From assembly GCA_045656745.1 (NCBI GenBank), contig JAZORT010000039.1, forward strand, positions 2,067 through 66,066: a stretch of DNA of 64,000 bases, written 5' to 3'. The stretch comes from Eubacteriales bacterium. Lineage in GTDB: Bacteria > Bacillota > Clostridia > Oscillospirales > CAG-272. Position 1 is the first letter of the stretch, and each line of letters begins with the position of its first letter. Shown piece by piece: positions 50,001-59,053 of this stretch. Under the pieces are notes generated by a model. It made no database searches. It saw nothing but the letters and a program-made list of their open reading frames with translations, and was not told the origin of the DNA. The position numbers and the translations under genes were made by a program.

Positions 50001-50659
50001 ATTACGCAACCCTTATTAACGAGTTCTACGCTAATGCTTCCGCACAGTTCGAATCTCAGATTTCCGCTAAGGCGAGCGAGCTTCGTGCAAACGGCGGCTT
50101 CGAGGGTAAGACCAATCTTAACGCCGTTGTTGATAAGGCTTCTGTTGTAGCAAAGATTCTTGCTTCTATCCACACAACCGAGACTCTTGCAAAGGCTAAC
50201 ACTCTTACCGTAGAGGAGCTTTCGGTTCTTGGAATTGTTTCCGAAACTACAATGACTCTTTACGAGGCTGTTGCATTGATAGCAGGCGACCTTGTTGAGC
50301 AGTTTGCTGAGGATTATCCCGCAGCAGCTGAGGCAGAGAAGACCTATGTTATCAATCTTTCGGCAGAAACCGTAAATTACAAGTCCAAGTATGTCTTTGA
50401 GACCGTATCTTGTGCAGACGATGTTAATTATGTTTCTACCAGCTATACCTGTAGCAACGACAATGTTGTAATGGTAATCTACACCGATCCTGTGACCTAC
50501 ACAGAGACCATATTCTTCATTAACTATAATATCTATTCTGTTAAGATTAAGCTTGACGCCGACCTTCTTAGAGGTGTAAGCGGTCTTGAGCTTGACGAAA
50601 AGGGATATTTCGTTATTGAGGGTACCGATTATGTAAAAGTAACAAAGGAGGGACGCTAA
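47069..50659 (+). CDS. Large secreted DUF5696-like protein
   Basis: Signal peptide; YIMYPDGSGT, MPVYG, YIGMANCYRNYL, PLTTFEDV, GFANGG, IPFYGMVFHGYVNYAG motifs; family recalled, not searched. Confidence 0.72.
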   Translation: MKLNKILSSALVVIMLLTSLMTLLPVSALASEDAPVKVTMGEIDPEKNDPDALLALVNTTLKYNYSTAQEMLEAEKKDGSLDVISAGGYNLYVNRYTGFVFYENTKTGQILTSNPVDPGSNNSTSLSTSVMSQLELEYKDVSDMSVETGGVYDSAGQIRDGFSIVVTELPYDASSGKAGISVQYTMGVNAADFRVPRYITVDDFESHLATPMFEKVGSLMNQYLGEGDYNIGDDSSYRIGDRYNQSKINKTLDDYVSKALKTLGRDHEGYAQINKAVQGTKTLIDGYSQLIVPANISADDKILFEDVPILNDGVSVFALKNNNLSTYRLVNNAIYDVLGNSYTKDEANADLDKTGYVNQGDINSASFLVSINYTLNAQGELYYEVPMYAPYFVNNNPNYSIKDITPLKYFGAGDITKDGYIMYPDGSGTIVDFDNIRTIQASYYASTYGNDYGYSNLTPSKAHLEQITMPVYGQVNEIKANAKTQGITNEETITNGYFAIVEEGSSLMNLTFSSSSSQHKYASTAASYKPHPMDQWDLSETLSAGVSGKVYVVSESKYEGTYRTKIVMLTDEKLASVEPNGYEPSYIGMANCYRNYLTETGVISKLTEAETSKDIPLYIEVLGAMDVTKKILSFPVVVSSPLTTFEDVETMYSDFAGTGVKNINFRLTGFANGGMTSTYPVKVKWQKSLGGKKGLNALISTANSYNEKAAEGYNFGIYPDFDFLYIHEDKMFDGIRYRGNAAIMVDNRYASKQSFNAVLQVYESLQAIVVSADSFDKLYEKFNKAYSKYDLNGLSVSTLGSELNSNFDTKNPVHREDTLAYTKNLLSKMSSDYSIMTDVGNVYAMRYVDHILNAPTDSSHYKYSSYTIPFYGMVFHGYVNYAGSPLNYSGSSSYDILRSIESGASLQYILCYENTNYLKADPLLSKYYGVDYKNWKDIIVNQYNEVKAAIGDIQDNIITGHKTLITERVVSRSETISNYATLINEFYANASAQFESQISAKASELRANGGFEGKTNLNAVVDKASVVAKILASIHTTETLAKANTLTVEELSVLGIVSETTMTLYEAVALIAGDLVEQFAEDYPAAAEAEKTYVINLSAETVNYKSKYVFETVSCADDVNYVSTSYTCSNDNVVMVIYTDPVTYTETIFFINYNIYSVKIKLDADLLRGVSGLELDEKGYFVIEGTDYVKVTKEGR

Positions 50660-51640
50660 ATGGCAAATAACTTAAAGTTATCTACCGATAAAAAGTCATT
50701 TTTAGACGTAGTTAAGAATATGTTCAGACGCAGAGCGTCTCTCGATGCCAAAAAGGCGAGGGCGGGATACGTTTTCGTCCTCCCCTTCATCATCGGTGTA
50801 ATTCTTATTTATCTCCCGATACTTATCGACTCTATCTGGTTCAGCTTCAGTGATTTCAAGATTATTCAGGGTGATAATTCCGGCCGTCTCGTTCTTATTC
50901 CTGTTGGTTTTGAGAACTACACGACCCCCTTCAACACCTCCGGTTTTACCGAGGCTCTTCTCTCGGGTCTGCAGCAGCTTCTGTTTGAAGTGCCCGCGAT
51001 CATAGTATTCTCGCTCTTCATAGCGGTTGTACTTAACCACAAGATGCTTGGCCGTGCAATCTTCCGTGCTATCTTCTTCGTCCCCGTTATTATTTCTACC
51101 GGTATTATGATGGACTATGCCTCCGGCACAGCATCCGGCGCGGTAGGCGGCGACGTGAGCACCGGAGCAAGCGGCGGAGCTTCCGAGATCATTTCGGTTC
51201 TTGATGTTCAGCAGCTCTTCTCTAACATGAAGATAGGTACCGAGCTTGTAGGCTATGTTGTCGGAATAGTTAATAACGTTTATAACATTATCAACTACTC
51301 CGGTGTACAGATGCTTATATTCCTCGCAGGTCTTCAGTCGATCTCTCCCTCTATTTACGAGGCTTGTCAGATCGAGGGTGCAACCGGTTGGGAAACCTTC
51401 TGGAAGATAACCTTCCCAATGATCTCTCCCATGATCCTTGTTAACGCCGTTTATACGGTTATCGACTCCTTCACAAGAACGAACAACCCCGCAATGAGCT
51501 ATATACAGAAGGTATACGGCAGCGGTGAGCTTACCATGGCAACCGCGATGTATTGGATGTACTTCCTTATTATCGCGCTTATAATTGTTATCGTTGCCGC
51601 GATAGCTTCGTCGTTCGTATTCTACCAGAGAAGGGATTAA
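50660..51640 (+). CDS. Carbohydrate ABC permease (MalF-like)
   Basis: FLAGLQSISPSIYEACQIEGATGWETFWKITFP. Confidence 0.92.
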   Translation: MANNLKLSTDKKSFLDVVKNMFRRRASLDAKKARAGYVFVLPFIIGVILIYLPILIDSIWFSFSDFKIIQGDNSGRLVLIPVGFENYTTPFNTSGFTEALLSGLQQLLFEVPAIIVFSLFIAVVLNHKMLGRAIFRAIFFVPVIISTGIMMDYASGTASGAVGGDVSTGASGGASEIISVLDVQQLFSNMKIGTELVGYVVGIVNNVYNIINYSGVQMLIFLAGLQSISPSIYEACQIEGATGWETFWKITFPMISPMILVNAVYTVIDSFTRTNNPAMSYIQKVYGSGELTMATAMYWMYFLIIALIIVIVAAIASSFVFYQRRD

Positions 51641-51653
51641 GGAGGTGAGCTTA

Positions 51654-52739
51654 ATGGAATTGATTAAAAAGATTTTTCCTAAAAAGTCAAGCAATAAAAT
51701 CAGTGTCGATTACGAAGGTAAGCTCACAGCAAAAGAGCGCTTCTTGCAAAAGATAAAGACGTCTAACACCTGGATCAAGGTGACCGTCAGCATCTTCAAG
51801 TTTATCTTGATGCTTGGTATCTCTTTCGTAATTCTTTACCCCTTCATTACCAAGATTGCCGGTTCCTTCATGAGCCCTGACGATCTTGCCGACGTTACCG
51901 TTTCTCTTATTCCCAGAGATTTTAACGTTAAGCAGTATGAGTACATAATTGAGGGTAACGGCTACTTTACTCATGTAAACGACCTTGGCGATGCGAAGCT
52001 CGGTGCATTCTTCAACACCCTCTTCCTCTCGCTTATCTGTGCGGGTATTCAGATGATGGTTGCCTGCCTTGTCGGTTACGGTATTGCTAAGTTTAAGTTC
52101 AAGGGTAATGTTATTATAATGGCTGCGGTTGTTGTAACAATGATTATCCCCCACAGTGCGCTTCAGCTTTCGATAACAAAGCACTTCACCTCCTTCGACA
52201 TTGGTCACGTAATGTCTACCGGACGAATAGGCTTGTTAGAGACGCTGGTAGGGCATAAGATAGAGCTTACGAACACCTATTGGCCCTTCGTAATTCTCTC
52301 CCTCGGCGGTATTGCCTTTAAGAACGGTCTTTACATCTATATGATGCGTCAGTTCTTCAAGGGCGTTCCCGATGAGCTTGAGGAATCTGCGTACGTTGAC
52401 GGCTCGGGAGTGTTCCGTACCTTTGTACAGATCATTCTTCCTCTCTCCGTACCTATGATGATTACCATCTTCCTCTTCTCCTTCTCCTGGCAGTGGACAG
52501 ACCAATTCTACACAGGACTCTTCTTCAACGGCCCCGACCGTCCCTGGACGATGCCCGACATCGTTACCATGCCCGGTTACTTCAAGGTATTGTATGACGG
52601 ACACCCCGTTTACTCTCTCTTTGAGTCGGTTGTTAAGAATACAGCCAGCCTTATGATTATCGTTCCCCTTGTTATTGTGTACCTCTTCGGACAGAAGTAC
52701 CTTGTACAGGGTATCGAGCGTTCCGGTCTCGTTGGTTAA
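51654..52739 (+). CDS. Carbohydrate ABC permease (MalG-like)
   Basis: RQFFKGVPDELEESAYVDG; ATG 51654 after AAGGAGGTG. Confidence 0.92.
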   Translation: MELIKKIFPKKSSNKISVDYEGKLTAKERFLQKIKTSNTWIKVTVSIFKFILMLGISFVILYPFITKIAGSFMSPDDLADVTVSLIPRDFNVKQYEYIIEGNGYFTHVNDLGDAKLGAFFNTLFLSLICAGIQMMVACLVGYGIAKFKFKGNVIIMAAVVVTMIIPHSALQLSITKHFTSFDIGHVMSTGRIGLLETLVGHKIELTNTYWPFVILSLGGIAFKNGLYIYMMRQFFKGVPDELEESAYVDGSGVFRTFVQIILPLSVPMMITIFLFSFSWQWTDQFYTGLFFNGPDRPWTMPDIVTMPGYFKVLYDGHPVYSLFESVVKNTASLMIIVPLVIVYLFGQKYLVQGIERSGLVG

Positions 52740-52784
52740 TTTCCTTTTTGGAGATTTCCGCCCGACCATAGGCTGAAAATATTT

Positions 52785-52820
52785 GAATGGCTATGCATCG
52801 CGCATAGCCATTCTTTTTTT
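52785..52820 (+). terminator. Intrinsic terminator ending the cassette
   Basis: GAATGGCTATGC / GCATAGCCATTC followed by T7. Confidence 0.85.
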
Positions 52821-52935
52821 GTAAAAATCCAAATTTTCGAAAAAAACTCTTCCTTAATTATATATATAAGGCAAAAAATGTCTATGCTAGAAATAAAATG
52901 AGTAAGGGTATTAGAAATTCTCATATCAAAAACTA

Positions 52936-53000
52936 TTGACTTTTAGTATGAAAAGTAATATAATATGTGCATATTTCATATCCGACTAATATTTCGGATA
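52936..53000 (+). promoter_or_regulatory. liv operon SigA promoter plus downstream palindrome
   Basis: TTGACT 52936-52941, N17, TATAAT 52959-52964; TATCCGA-N8-TCGGATA at 52979-53000. Confidence 0.7.
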
Positions 53001-53026
53001 AAATTTAAAGAAAGAGGTTTTTTAAA

Positions 53027-54235
53027 ATGAAAAACAATTTTAAGAAAATTATCTCCGTGGTTCTCGTAGTTGCAATGCTTGCATCTATGGCACTCGTGCT
53101 TGGAAGCTGCGGAAAGAAAAAGGGCGATGCAGACGGTAATACCGTAATAAAGATTGGTGCATCGGGCCCCCTTACCGGCGGCGCAGCCGTTTACGGTATA
53201 GCTGTTAAGAATTCCGCAATGCTCGCTGTTGAAGAGATCAACGCTGCAGGCGGTCTTGACGGAATTAAGTTCGAGTTCGTAATGTATGATGATAAGCACG
53301 ACCCCGACCTTATCGCAGGTAACTACGCAGCTCTCGTTGAGGGCGGTGTTCAGATCACTCTCGGTACTGTAACCACAGGTCCCGCTCTTGAGTTCAAGGA
53401 GTATTCTTACGAGGATAATGTATTCGTTCTTACTCCCTCTGCTTCCGGTGACGCTGTTCCCGAGTATGATAACGCTTTCCAGATGTGCTTCGCAGACTCT
53501 AACCAGGGTGCTGCATCCGCTGACCTTTTCAAGGCTAACTACCAGGGTAAGAAGATCGGCGTATTCTACAAGTCCGATGATGAATACTCCAAGGGTATCT
53601 ACAACCAGTTCATGGCTGGTATAGGCAACGCTTTCGGTGATGTTGCAGTTGCTTCCTTCAAGGAGGGTGACACCAACTTCGCAACTCAGGTTAACCTTCT
53701 CAAGGATTGCGATGTTATCTTTATGCCCATATACTACACTCCCGCCGCTTCCTTCATGGTAGCAGGTAAGGATATTGTAAAGGCTGATGCAGTTTACTTC
53801 GGCTGTGACGGTCTTGACGGAATTGATACCTCTGTTGAAAACTTCGACATCAACACCATTCCTCAGGAAGTTTCCTACCTTTCTCACTTCAACTCCGGCG
53901 CAACCACCGGTGCTGCAGCTGACTACATCGATAACTACCGCGCAAAGTACGGTGCAGATGCTCCTCTTAACCAGTTCGGCGCTGCTGCATACGACTGCGT
54001 ATACGCTATCTACGCTGCACTTAAGGCCGCAAAGGCAAACGGAACTGAGTTCTCTGTTAACACCTCCGCTTCCGACTTCTGCGACATTCTTACCGATGTA
54101 TTCACCTCTGACGAGTTTGTATTCCGTGGTGTAACCGGTGCTCCCGAGGCAGACGGATATTCCAACATCTCTTGGGCAGACAACGGTACCGTTAACAAGC
54201 AGGCGGTTAAGTACGTTGTAAAGTACGCTAACTAA
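53027..54235 (+). CDS. livK: Branched-chain amino acid ABC substrate-binding lipoprotein
   Basis: Lipobox LGSC; IKIGASGPLTG.AAVYG, TPSAS, AAAYD. Confidence 0.88.
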   Translation: MKNNFKKIISVVLVVAMLASMALVLGSCGKKKGDADGNTVIKIGASGPLTGGAAVYGIAVKNSAMLAVEEINAAGGLDGIKFEFVMYDDKHDPDLIAGNYAALVEGGVQITLGTVTTGPALEFKEYSYEDNVFVLTPSASGDAVPEYDNAFQMCFADSNQGAASADLFKANYQGKKIGVFYKSDDEYSKGIYNQFMAGIGNAFGDVAVASFKEGDTNFATQVNLLKDCDVIFMPIYYTPAASFMVAGKDIVKADAVYFGCDGLDGIDTSVENFDINTIPQEVSYLSHFNSGATTGAAADYIDNYRAKYGADAPLNQFGAAAYDCVYAIYAALKAAKANGTEFSVNTSASDFCDILTDVFTSDEFVFRGVTGAPEADGYSNISWADNGTVNKQAVKYVVKYAN

Positions 54236-54313
54236 AAAATAATAGCTTTAACAATTTGCTGACGCGGTTTTTCTGCGCCGGCAAATTGTTGCAATATAGG
54301 AAAAGGACATTTT

Positions 54314-55195
54314 ATGGAATTTTTGATAAATTTAGTTAACGGCTTGAGCCTTGGCGGTACATATGCCATGATTGCTCTGGGTTATACTATGGTTTACGGT
54401 ATTGCAAAGATGCTTAACTTTGCTCACGGTGACATAATGATGGTTGCCGGTTATGTAATGCTGGTTGGACTTAAAGTTAATCCCATTTTTGCCGTTGTTT
54501 GTTCAATACTTTTCTGTACTATTTTGGGTGTCGTGATAGAAAAGGTTGCCTACAAGCCCCTGCGCGGAGCCTCGCCTCTCGCTGTGCTTATCACTGCAAT
54601 CGGTATCAGCTATTTCCTCAAGAGTATAATAATGAGTATTCCCAAATTCGGCTCGGATTCCAAGCTTGTTATATTGTTTGAAAATCTTGGAAAGCTGAAG
54701 ATAACCGAGGAACTTCAGATAGGATATTACACCTTAATAACTCTTGCAATCTCGGTTGTAGTAATGGTCGCGCTTACTATGTTTGTTAAGTTTACCAAGA
54801 CCGGTCGCGCCATGATTGCAGTTTCTGAGGATAAGGATGCTGCCCGCCTTATGGGTATAAATGTTGACTTTATTATTACGCTCACCTTTGCGATAGGCTC
54901 AGCACTTGCGGCAATAGCCTGCTTCTGCATACTTATTGACCCCGCAACCTGCGCGGTTACCCCCGAATTCGGCTCAACAAGAGGTATAACTGCCTTTGCC
55001 GCGGCGGTAATCGGTGGTATCGGCTCTATCCCCGGCGCAATGCTTGGCGGAGTTTTGCTCGGCGTAATTGAATGTATATTCAACGCAACCCCTCTTGCCG
55101 ACTACACAATGGCAATAGAGTTCTTCATACTTATTATTATTCTTCTTGTAAGACCTAACGGACTTCTTGGCAAGAAGAGAAGGGAGAAGGTATAA
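54314..55195 (+). CDS. livH: BCAA ABC permease
   Basis: YAMIALGYTMVYG..KMLNFAHGD, AVIGGIGSIPGA. Confidence 0.92.
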   Translation: MEFLINLVNGLSLGGTYAMIALGYTMVYGIAKMLNFAHGDIMMVAGYVMLVGLKVNPIFAVVCSILFCTILGVVIEKVAYKPLRGASPLAVLITAIGISYFLKSIIMSIPKFGSDSKLVILFENLGKLKITEELQIGYYTLITLAISVVVMVALTMFVKFTKTGRAMIAVSEDKDAARLMGINVDFIITLTFAIGSALAAIACFCILIDPATCAVTPEFGSTRGITAFAAAVIGGIGSIPGAMLGGVLLGVIECIFNATPLADYTMAIEFFILIIILLVRPNGLLGKKRREKV

Positions 55196-56403
55196 TGAAT
55201 AAAATACTTGATTCCTTTAAAAGAATAAGCTGGAAGTATCTTATAAATTATATCGCTGTTATAGTAGTAGGCGGATTCTTTACTATCCGCGCTCTCGGCG
55301 GTGCGCTTCCAATGTCAACTCTCGTTATTCTTGAAGAAATAACGATGAAGATAGTTCTTGCAATTTCGCTTTCTCTCGTTGTCGGCTTCCTTGGAGAGCT
55401 CTCGCTTGGCCACGCCGGATTTATGTGTATCGGAGCATACTTTGGCGGCTTTACAGCGGTTATGCTTGATAAGTTTGAGATTGTTGAGGGCAAGGGTATT
55501 CTTTCCTTCATTATCTCTATGGTTGTCGGCGCAGCGGTAGCAGGTCTCTTCGGCTTCCTTATCGGTTTGCCCGCCCTTCGACTTAGAGGTGACTATCTTG
55601 CTATCGTTACCTTGGCTTTCGGTGAGATAGTTAAAACCCTTCTTATGAACCTCGAAATCAAGGTAGAATCTGTATCTCAAAAGCCTATTATAGACAAGGC
55701 CAGCGGTATGGTTTCTCCCCGATTTGACAAGGAATATTTCCTGATAATCGGCTTCGTTTTGGTGCTTTTATCTATCGCAATAGTGCAAAACCTTATTCGT
55801 TCAAAGCACGGTAGAGCGATAACCGCAATTCGTGACAACGAGATTGCCGCGAAGGCAACGGGTATCAATGTTACAAAGTACAAGCTTGTTGTTTTCGTAA
55901 TTTCTGCAATGCTTGCAGGTGTTGCGGGCGTTATGTACAGCTTTACAAACAACAGAATTGTTGCAGGTAACCTTGACCTTAACTATTCAATAAACCTTTT
56001 GATAATCGTCGTTATCGGCGGTATGGGTAATATTACCGGATCTATGCTTTCTGCTGTTGCTATAACCTTTATCGACAGAAAGCTCGGTATTTGGATGGAG
56101 CAGATGGAGCTGTTCAAGAATGCTGACGGACTTCAAAACTTCAGCCCCGCGGTTATCAAGGACATTCTCTACGCGCTTATCCTCGTGCTTATAATTATCT
56201 ATAATAACGCCCCCGCGCTAAAGCCTCTCAGAGAAAAGCTGAGCATAAAGAAGCTGATCTCCAAGATAAAGCCTAAGCAGGGATATGCTGACGACGAGGG
56301 CAAGTGGGACAGAGTGCCTACAAAGATTGAAATGAACGAGGTCCTTTCGGTTGATGTAACCGTTGTTGAGAGCGTTCAAAATCCCGATAAGGAGGAAAAG
56401 TGA
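55195..56403 (+). CDS. livM: BCAA ABC permease
   Basis: LSLGHAGF, LRLRGDYLAIVTLAFGEI, AIRDNEIAA. Confidence 0.92.
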   Translation: MNKILDSFKRISWKYLINYIAVIVVGGFFTIRALGGALPMSTLVILEEITMKIVLAISLSLVVGFLGELSLGHAGFMCIGAYFGGFTAVMLDKFEIVEGKGILSFIISMVVGAAVAGLFGFLIGLPALRLRGDYLAIVTLAFGEIVKTLLMNLEIKVESVSQKPIIDKASGMVSPRFDKEYFLIIGFVLVLLSIAIVQNLIRSKHGRAITAIRDNEIAAKATGINVTKYKLVVFVISAMLAGVAGVMYSFTNNRIVAGNLDLNYSINLLIIVVIGGMGNITGSMLSAVAITFIDRKLGIWMEQMELFKNADGLQNFSPAVIKDILYALILVLIIIYNNAPALKPLREKLSIKKLISKIKPKQGYADDEGKWDRVPTKIEMNEVLSVDVTVVESVQNPDKEEK

Positions 56404-56404
56404 G

Positions 56405-57181
56405 ATGGCTGAATTTATTCTTGAAACAGAAAATCTCGGAATTTCCTTCGGCGGACTTAAGGCGGCTCAGGATGTTAATCTTAAAATTAAGAAAAACGAA
56501 ATCTACGGCCTTATAGGTCCTAACGGTGCAGGAAAAACAACAGTTTTTAATATGCTTACCGGCGTTTACCGTCCCACAACGGGAAGATTTTTCCTTGACG
56601 GTGAAAACCTTGTCGGCCTCTCGCAGGAAAAAATAAACCACAAGGGTATTGCCCGCACCTTCCAGAATATTCGTCTTTTCAACAATATGACGGTTATTCG
56701 TAATGTAATGGTCGGTCTGCACAATCTCCCCGAGTATAAGTGCGGAATACTTTCCACAATACTCCGTTTGCCCCGTCAGTTTAAAACCGAGCGCGCTATG
56801 GTAAAGCGAGCAGAGGAAATTCTTGAAATTTTCGGCCTTGCGGAGTACAAAAATACTCTCGCCTGCAATCTTCCTTACGGAAAACAGCGTAAGCTTGAGA
56901 TAGCTCGCGCCCTTGCAACAAATCCCAAGCTCCTTCTCCTTGACGAGCCTGCCGCGGGTATGAACCCCCAGGAAACCGCCGAGCTTATGGATACTATAAG
57001 ATTTGTCCGCGACCACTTTGATATGACAATTTTGCTTATCGAGCACGATATGAGCCTTGTTAAGGGCATATGCGACAATGTAACCGTGCTTAACTTCGGT
57101 ACAACGCTCGCCCAGGGCAAGACCGACGAAGCGCTTGCCGAGCCCGAGGTTGTAAGAGCATACCTCGGTGACGATGACTAA
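56405..57181 (+). CDS. livG: BCAA ABC ATPase
   Basis: GPNGAGKTT, IARTFQNIRLF, LPYGKQR, DEPAAG; ATG 56405. Confidence 0.93.
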   Translation: MAEFILETENLGISFGGLKAAQDVNLKIKKNEIYGLIGPNGAGKTTVFNMLTGVYRPTTGRFFLDGENLVGLSQEKINHKGIARTFQNIRLFNNMTVIRNVMVGLHNLPEYKCGILSTILRLPRQFKTERAMVKRAEEILEIFGLAEYKNTLACNLPYGKQRKLEIARALATNPKLLLLDEPAAGMNPQETAELMDTIRFVRDHFDMTILLIEHDMSLVKGICDNVTVLNFGTTLAQGKTDEALAEPEVVRAYLGDDD

Positions 57182-57196
57182 AGAAAGGAGACAAAA

Positions 57197-57907
57197 ATGG
57201 CATTACTTGAAGTAAAAGACCTTGAAGTTAATTACGGTCTTATAAAAGCGATTAAAGGCGTCTCCTTTGAAGTAAACGCAGGCGAGGTCGTTGCTCTTAT
57301 CGGCGCAAACGGCGCAGGCAAAACTACCATAATGCACGCAATTAACGGAATTATTCCCAAGGCGGCAGGAAAGGTGCAGCTCGGGGAAAAGGATATTACC
57401 TCAACCCCCGCGCACAAGCTCCTCTCTCTCGGTATGGCTCAGGTGCCCGAGGGAAGACGAATTTTCCAGGAGCTTACCGTTTACGAAAACCTTCAAATGG
57501 GCTATTTCATCAAGAAGGATAAGGCAAAGTTTAAGGAGCGCCTTGAGGAAATGTATTCTCATTTCCCCATTCTCGGTGAGCGTTCAAACCAGATTGCGGG
57601 AACACTCTCCGGCGGAGAGCAGCAGATGCTCGCAATGAGCCGCGCCCTTATGTCAAGCCCCAAGCTCCTGCTTCTTGACGAGCCTAGTATGGGTCTTTCT
57701 CCCCTTTATGTAAACACAATCTTCGATATGATAAAGCAGGTAAATGCTCTTGGCACAACCGTCCTTCTCGTTGAGCAGAACGCGAAAAAAGCCCTTTCGA
57801 TAGCAAACCGCGCCTATGTTCTCGAGATTGGTAAAATCGTAAAGACCGGCACCGGAGCAGAGCTTCTTGAGGACGAGGATATACGCCGCGCATATCTCGG
57901 CGGCTAA
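57197..57907 (+). CDS. livF: BCAA ABC ATPase
   Basis: GANGAGKTT, VPEGRRIF, LSGGEQQM, DEPSMGL, VEQNA. Confidence 0.94.
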   Translation: MALLEVKDLEVNYGLIKAIKGVSFEVNAGEVVALIGANGAGKTTIMHAINGIIPKAAGKVQLGEKDITSTPAHKLLSLGMAQVPEGRRIFQELTVYENLQMGYFIKKDKAKFKERLEEMYSHFPILGERSNQIAGTLSGGEQQMLAMSRALMSSPKLLLLDEPSMGLSPLYVNTIFDMIKQVNALGTTVLLVEQNAKKALSIANRAYVLEIGKIVKTGTGAELLEDEDIRRAYLGG

Positions 57908-57928
57908 ACCTAAGTCCGATTAACAAAA

Positions 57929-57980
57929 AATAAACTCCCCTATGGCAGACCAAAATCCGCTTTACGGGGAGTTTTATTTT
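57929..57980. terminator. Bidirectional terminator
   Basis: AAACTCCCC ... GGGGAGTTT flanked by A and T runs between convergent operons. Confidence 0.6.
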
Positions 57981-57982
57981 GA

Positions 57983-59014
57983 TTATAAAGTCTCTGCAAT
58001 ATCGTAGATAAGGCGTTCTGTCTTCTCCCAGCCGAGGCAGGGGTCGGTTACCGACTTTCCGTAAACCGAGTTTTCGCAGATCTTCTGTGCACCGTCCTCA
58101 ATGTAGCTCTCGATCATAAGTCCCTTGACAAGCTTCTTCACCTCTGCCGAGTAGCTACGGCTGTGAAGAATTTCTTTCGTAATTCTTATCTGCTCAAGGT
58201 AGTTTTTGCCGGAGTTTGAGTGATTGGTGTCAATAATTGCCGCAGGGTTTTCGAGTCCCGATGCAGCATAAGCTTCGCAGAGGTGATAAAGGTCCTCGAA
58301 GTGATAGTTGGGGTGCGACTTGCCCTGCTTGTCAACGTATCCGCGAAGTATAGCGTGAGCGTAAGGATTACCCGCGCTCTTAACCTCCCAACCGCGGTAA
58401 AGGAAAACGTGAGAGGACTGTGCCGCCTTGATAGAATTCATCATAACGGTAATATCGCCCGAGGTGGGGTTTTTCATACCGACGGGAATGTCAAGACCCG
58501 ATGCGGTAAGTCTGTGCTGCTGATCCTCAACAGAGCGCGCGCCCACCGCACAGTAGAGCAGAAGGTCAGAAAGATATCTGTGGTTTTCGGGATAGAGCAT
58601 CTCGTCAGCGCAGGCAAATCCGGTTTCCGAAAGAGCTTTTAAGTGCAATTTGCGAATTGCAATAATGCCTTTAAGCATATCGGGCTGGCTTGCAGGGTCG
58701 GGCTGGTGGAGCATACCCTTGTAACCCTCGCCGGTGGTTCTCGGCTTGTTGGTGTAAATACGGGGAACGATCATTATTTTATCGCTCACCTTGTCCTGCA
58801 CCTTGCGCAGCCTTGAAATATAGTCAATAACCGCATCCTCTCTGTCAGCAGAGCAGGGGCCTATAACAAGAAGAAATTTGTCCACCTCGCCCGAGAAAAT
58901 TTTGTTAAGCTCGGCAAGCTGGCTGTCGCGGAGCTTGGTCAGCTCCTTGGTTATGGGAAACTGCTCTTTAACATCCTTTGGGATCGGCAGCTTTCTGTAA
59001 AATTCCATATTCAT
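57983..59014 (-). CDS. aroG: DAHP synthase (class I-alpha)
   Basis: IGPCS, YTNKPRTT..GYKG, VGARS, VGMKN, DTNHSNS, GLMIES, SVTDPCLGW. Confidence 0.92.
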   Translation of the reverse strand: MNMEFYRKLPIPKDVKEQFPITKELTKLRDSQLAELNKIFSGEVDKFLLVIGPCSADREDAVIDYISRLRKVQDKVSDKIMIVPRIYTNKPRTTGEGYKGMLHQPDPASQPDMLKGIIAIRKLHLKALSETGFACADEMLYPENHRYLSDLLLYCAVGARSVEDQQHRLTASGLDIPVGMKNPTSGDITVMMNSIKAAQSSHVFLYRGWEVKSAGNPYAHAILRGYVDKQGKSHPNYHFEDLYHLCEAYAASGLENPAAIIDTNHSNSGKNYLEQIRITKEILHSRSYSAEVKKLVKGLMIESYIEDGAQKICENSVYGKSVTDPCLGWEKTERLIYDIAETL

Positions 59015-59053
59015 AATCTGCGTACCTCTTTTTGGGAAAAACTAACTGAAAAA

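Noticed and set aside
52825..52850. CodY box upstream of liv
   Set aside because: The best match has about 4 mismatches to AATTTTCWGAAAATT in AT-rich DNA.
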